64,000 bases of DNA from Chrysemys picta bellii (Eukaryota), in NCBI RefSeq assembly GCF_011386835.1, contig NC_088792.1, positions 289,540,001 to 289,604,000 on the forward strand, in the 5' to 3' direction. Shown piece after piece: positions 61,645 through 64,000 of this stretch. The notes under the pieces were generated by a model. The model did not search any database. It had not been told where the DNA came from and saw only the letters and a program-made list of their open reading frames with translations. Within the stretch, counting starts at the first letter, position 1. Each line of letters begins with the position of its first letter. The translations under genes were made by a program, and so were the position numbers.

Positions 61645-61785
61645 CTAAGCAACGGAGGGAAAAGAAGACTAAGGTTCACTACAGGCAATAGGCTGAGCTA
61701 CTCTATTTATCATCTCGATCCGTGTGAACTAGCCTGAACGGGTGAAGATGCAGGAAGGTCACACGTCAAATCATGCTGTGTTTAC

Positions 61786-61998
61786 CTTCTCTGCAGAGAT
61801 GTGCTTTACTGTCCCAAGATGCTGAGTCACCTCCTTCATCTCCATTAGCTTTGGAAGTTCTGCTATCGTCCCATATACAGCTTTCACACAACTATAGGCA
61901 GCGCCAGCTTCAGTCTTGCGATCTGGGCATCGTTTCTTTAAGTTACCAGATTTGTCTTTCATATCTTCTAGGAGAGCTTTCAGCTCATTATCCCACTC
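61786..61998 (-). CDS. NUGGC-like: NUGGC-like exon 1 of window (EWDNELKALLEDMKDK...KHISAEK)
   Basis: ctgtatttcccacttcAG acceptor, GTaaac donor; 213 nt, phase 0/0. EWxxEL corresponds to NUGGC EWREEL. G1/G2 exons are not in the window. Confidence 0.93.
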
Positions 61999-62609
61999 CT
62001 GAAGTGGGAAATACAGAAACAATTGAGACAATATTCCAAAAGAGTAAGTTTGTAATTTGTTATATGTAGAATAACTATTGAAGTTAAAATGAATCCAAGA
62101 CTAGATGCTCTGTTTGCCCTAAGGTATTTTTACCACACACAGAGAGAAGTGCGTTCTATTACTGTTGTTCTGCTGAGACCCAGAAACATTTAACTGATTA
62201 CACCAGCTAGTCAGTAAAACAGGAAATATTTTCAAACATTTTTAAAAGCTTTTTTTGTTTTTTTCCTCTTGAAGACTGAAAAGTTTTCCACTCAGCTCTG
62301 ATTCTCTCCCTCTGATATTTATACAGCTCCCTTTTACCATAGTACCTAAGCACTAAAATTAAACATACAATATCAACAGCATTGCCAACAACTGGTACAA
62401 AGAATGGCTACTGAAAAGATAGTTCCAACATATAGCATGAGCAACATTCTTATTTTTAAACTACAAGGTGACAGGGGATTGATTTAAATCATGATTTAAA
62501 ATCAGCAAGTAGAAATCCTCCATTTAAGTCATTGATTTTAATCTACTTTTCCACTTATACTTCAATTATTTTCTGAAAAAAGGTGCATTCTCACTGGTCG
62601 ATATAATCA

Positions 62610-63375
62610 TGAGGAAGATGTAGTAGGAAGAGAGCCGGAGATATAAGCCCTTGTGTCAGAGGCCTGGTATGAGGCCTGAGCTAAAGTAGTGGGCAAGCTT
62701 TGCTGATATAAAGCGAAGTTAGCAAAAGTCAGGCTGTAAGCAAACATCAGGCTCTGCCTGCTTGCAAGATCACAGAATCTGGCAAGAACAGGGCTGATAT
62801 TGCAGAAACACACATTCCTAAGAAGTGCTAGGCACAGAGTACTCAGGCAAACACATCCCGATATCAAGCGGTACCAGAACATCTTCGATATCAAGGATGG
62901 TACAAAAACATTCCCCAAGGAGAACAGGAACACACTGACCCCTCCTAAAAGAGACGGTCAGGATGACAGTGTGATGAATAGAGATGTTTTAATCGAACCA
63001 ACATGTACAAGGAGATGGGTGATAACTAGCCACATCAGGGAGCAGTAACTATGTCGGGGGGCAGCATGTAACTTGTTTGTATCAGGGTCTAAAGAGGAAT
63101 CTCTCAGAGAGCGTGTCTTGGTTCAGCTGAGGGGGGAATGGAAAGTCCCGCCATCCACTGAGCTGCGTCCATTGTCACTGGCATACACGTTTTAGTTTCC
63201 TCGTAGAGTCTACCAAGTGCTATTACTGTGCTTTGTCGACAACAATCCTGGCCTGGTGCCTTCGGACCTTAACGGATCTTGTGGTCATTGCGTGGTTCGC
63301 TCAAGGTCTGCTGTGCCGGCTGTCTTCACAGAGCTGGGGCAGCACACAGGGAGAACACACATACGCAGCCGAACA
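62610..63375 (+). mobile_element. Probable ERV-type LTR
   Basis: TG start, ...gaaCA end, U3-like gcaag/gatat repeats. No TSD confirmed. Confidence 0.5.
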
Positions 63376-64000
63376 TCTAACCATAGAAGATACCCTTGTC
63401 AGTACCAGCAGAACCATACTCTTCCTCTTCTGTAGGCTCAGAAAAAAGCTCTGGTTGTTCTCTTAGAGGAGATGGGTGATCTGACTCCTTATTAGATTAC
63501 ACAGATCTTGGGTGTTGTGTGTATGGGGCCCATGGACCCAACAAGGCCAGACAAAAGGGTTGAAGAGGTCCCCAAGACACAGGGGGACCTCTTGATCTCC
63601 TGTTTGGATTATTTGTCCCGAGGGGGGAACCTCTTGATCTCCTGTTTGGATTATTCTCCATCAATGAGGCAATGACAAATCTACTGGAGGAACTGACTCC
63701 CCCCCATAACAAGGTCAGGTCTGACAATCAATGGGGCAGTTGATCCTATCAAAGGAAAGCTGTAGCTGGTAGACCAAATTGGGGAGGAAGGGGGGAGGAG
63801 AGACAGACTTCTCTTCCCATAGCCCATGTCTCCGGGTGGGGTCAAGAGCTCGCTAGTCCTGGCAACAGAGAAGATTGCAGATCCAGGAAAACAAAGACGT
63901 CCCCTGGAGTGGAGTCCTTCTGCTCTACCTGCGGTGTGCGCGATTCGGTCTACCCACACTAAGGGAGCTGACATAGGAAGGCTCTGAGTTGGTGGATCCT

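Overview
Eukaryotic, repeat-rich vertebrate DNA; the repeat families (CR1, DIRS, Harbinger/hAT/Tigger-type MITEs, Penelope-type ends) suggest a turtle. There are no prokaryotic features. Two convergent, partly contained genes. (1) Plus strand, 943-5795: the last two coding exons of a divergent ZNFX1-like paralogue (SF1 helicase C-half, NFX1-type Zn-finger array, RING-like motif, RZ finger). It has an unusual tail of 17 x 14-aa Pro-rich repeats that appears to end inside a Gypsy LTR. (2) Minus strand, 61998 down to 17379: 22 exons assembled by hand with GT-AG junctions and consistent phases into an open frame of 3306 nt (1101 aa + stop). The N-terminus, including the P-loop, lies beyond the window. 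It encodes a NUGGC/SLIP-GC-like dynamin-superfamily GTPase. From recalled sequences its motifs look closer to fungal/invertebrate members than to mammalian NUGGC, and it carries a C-terminal module resembling the SENP6/7 PH-like domain plus a bipartite-NLS-like motif. Much of the remaining sequence is nested transposable elements. Family assignments are from motif recognition, not database searches.
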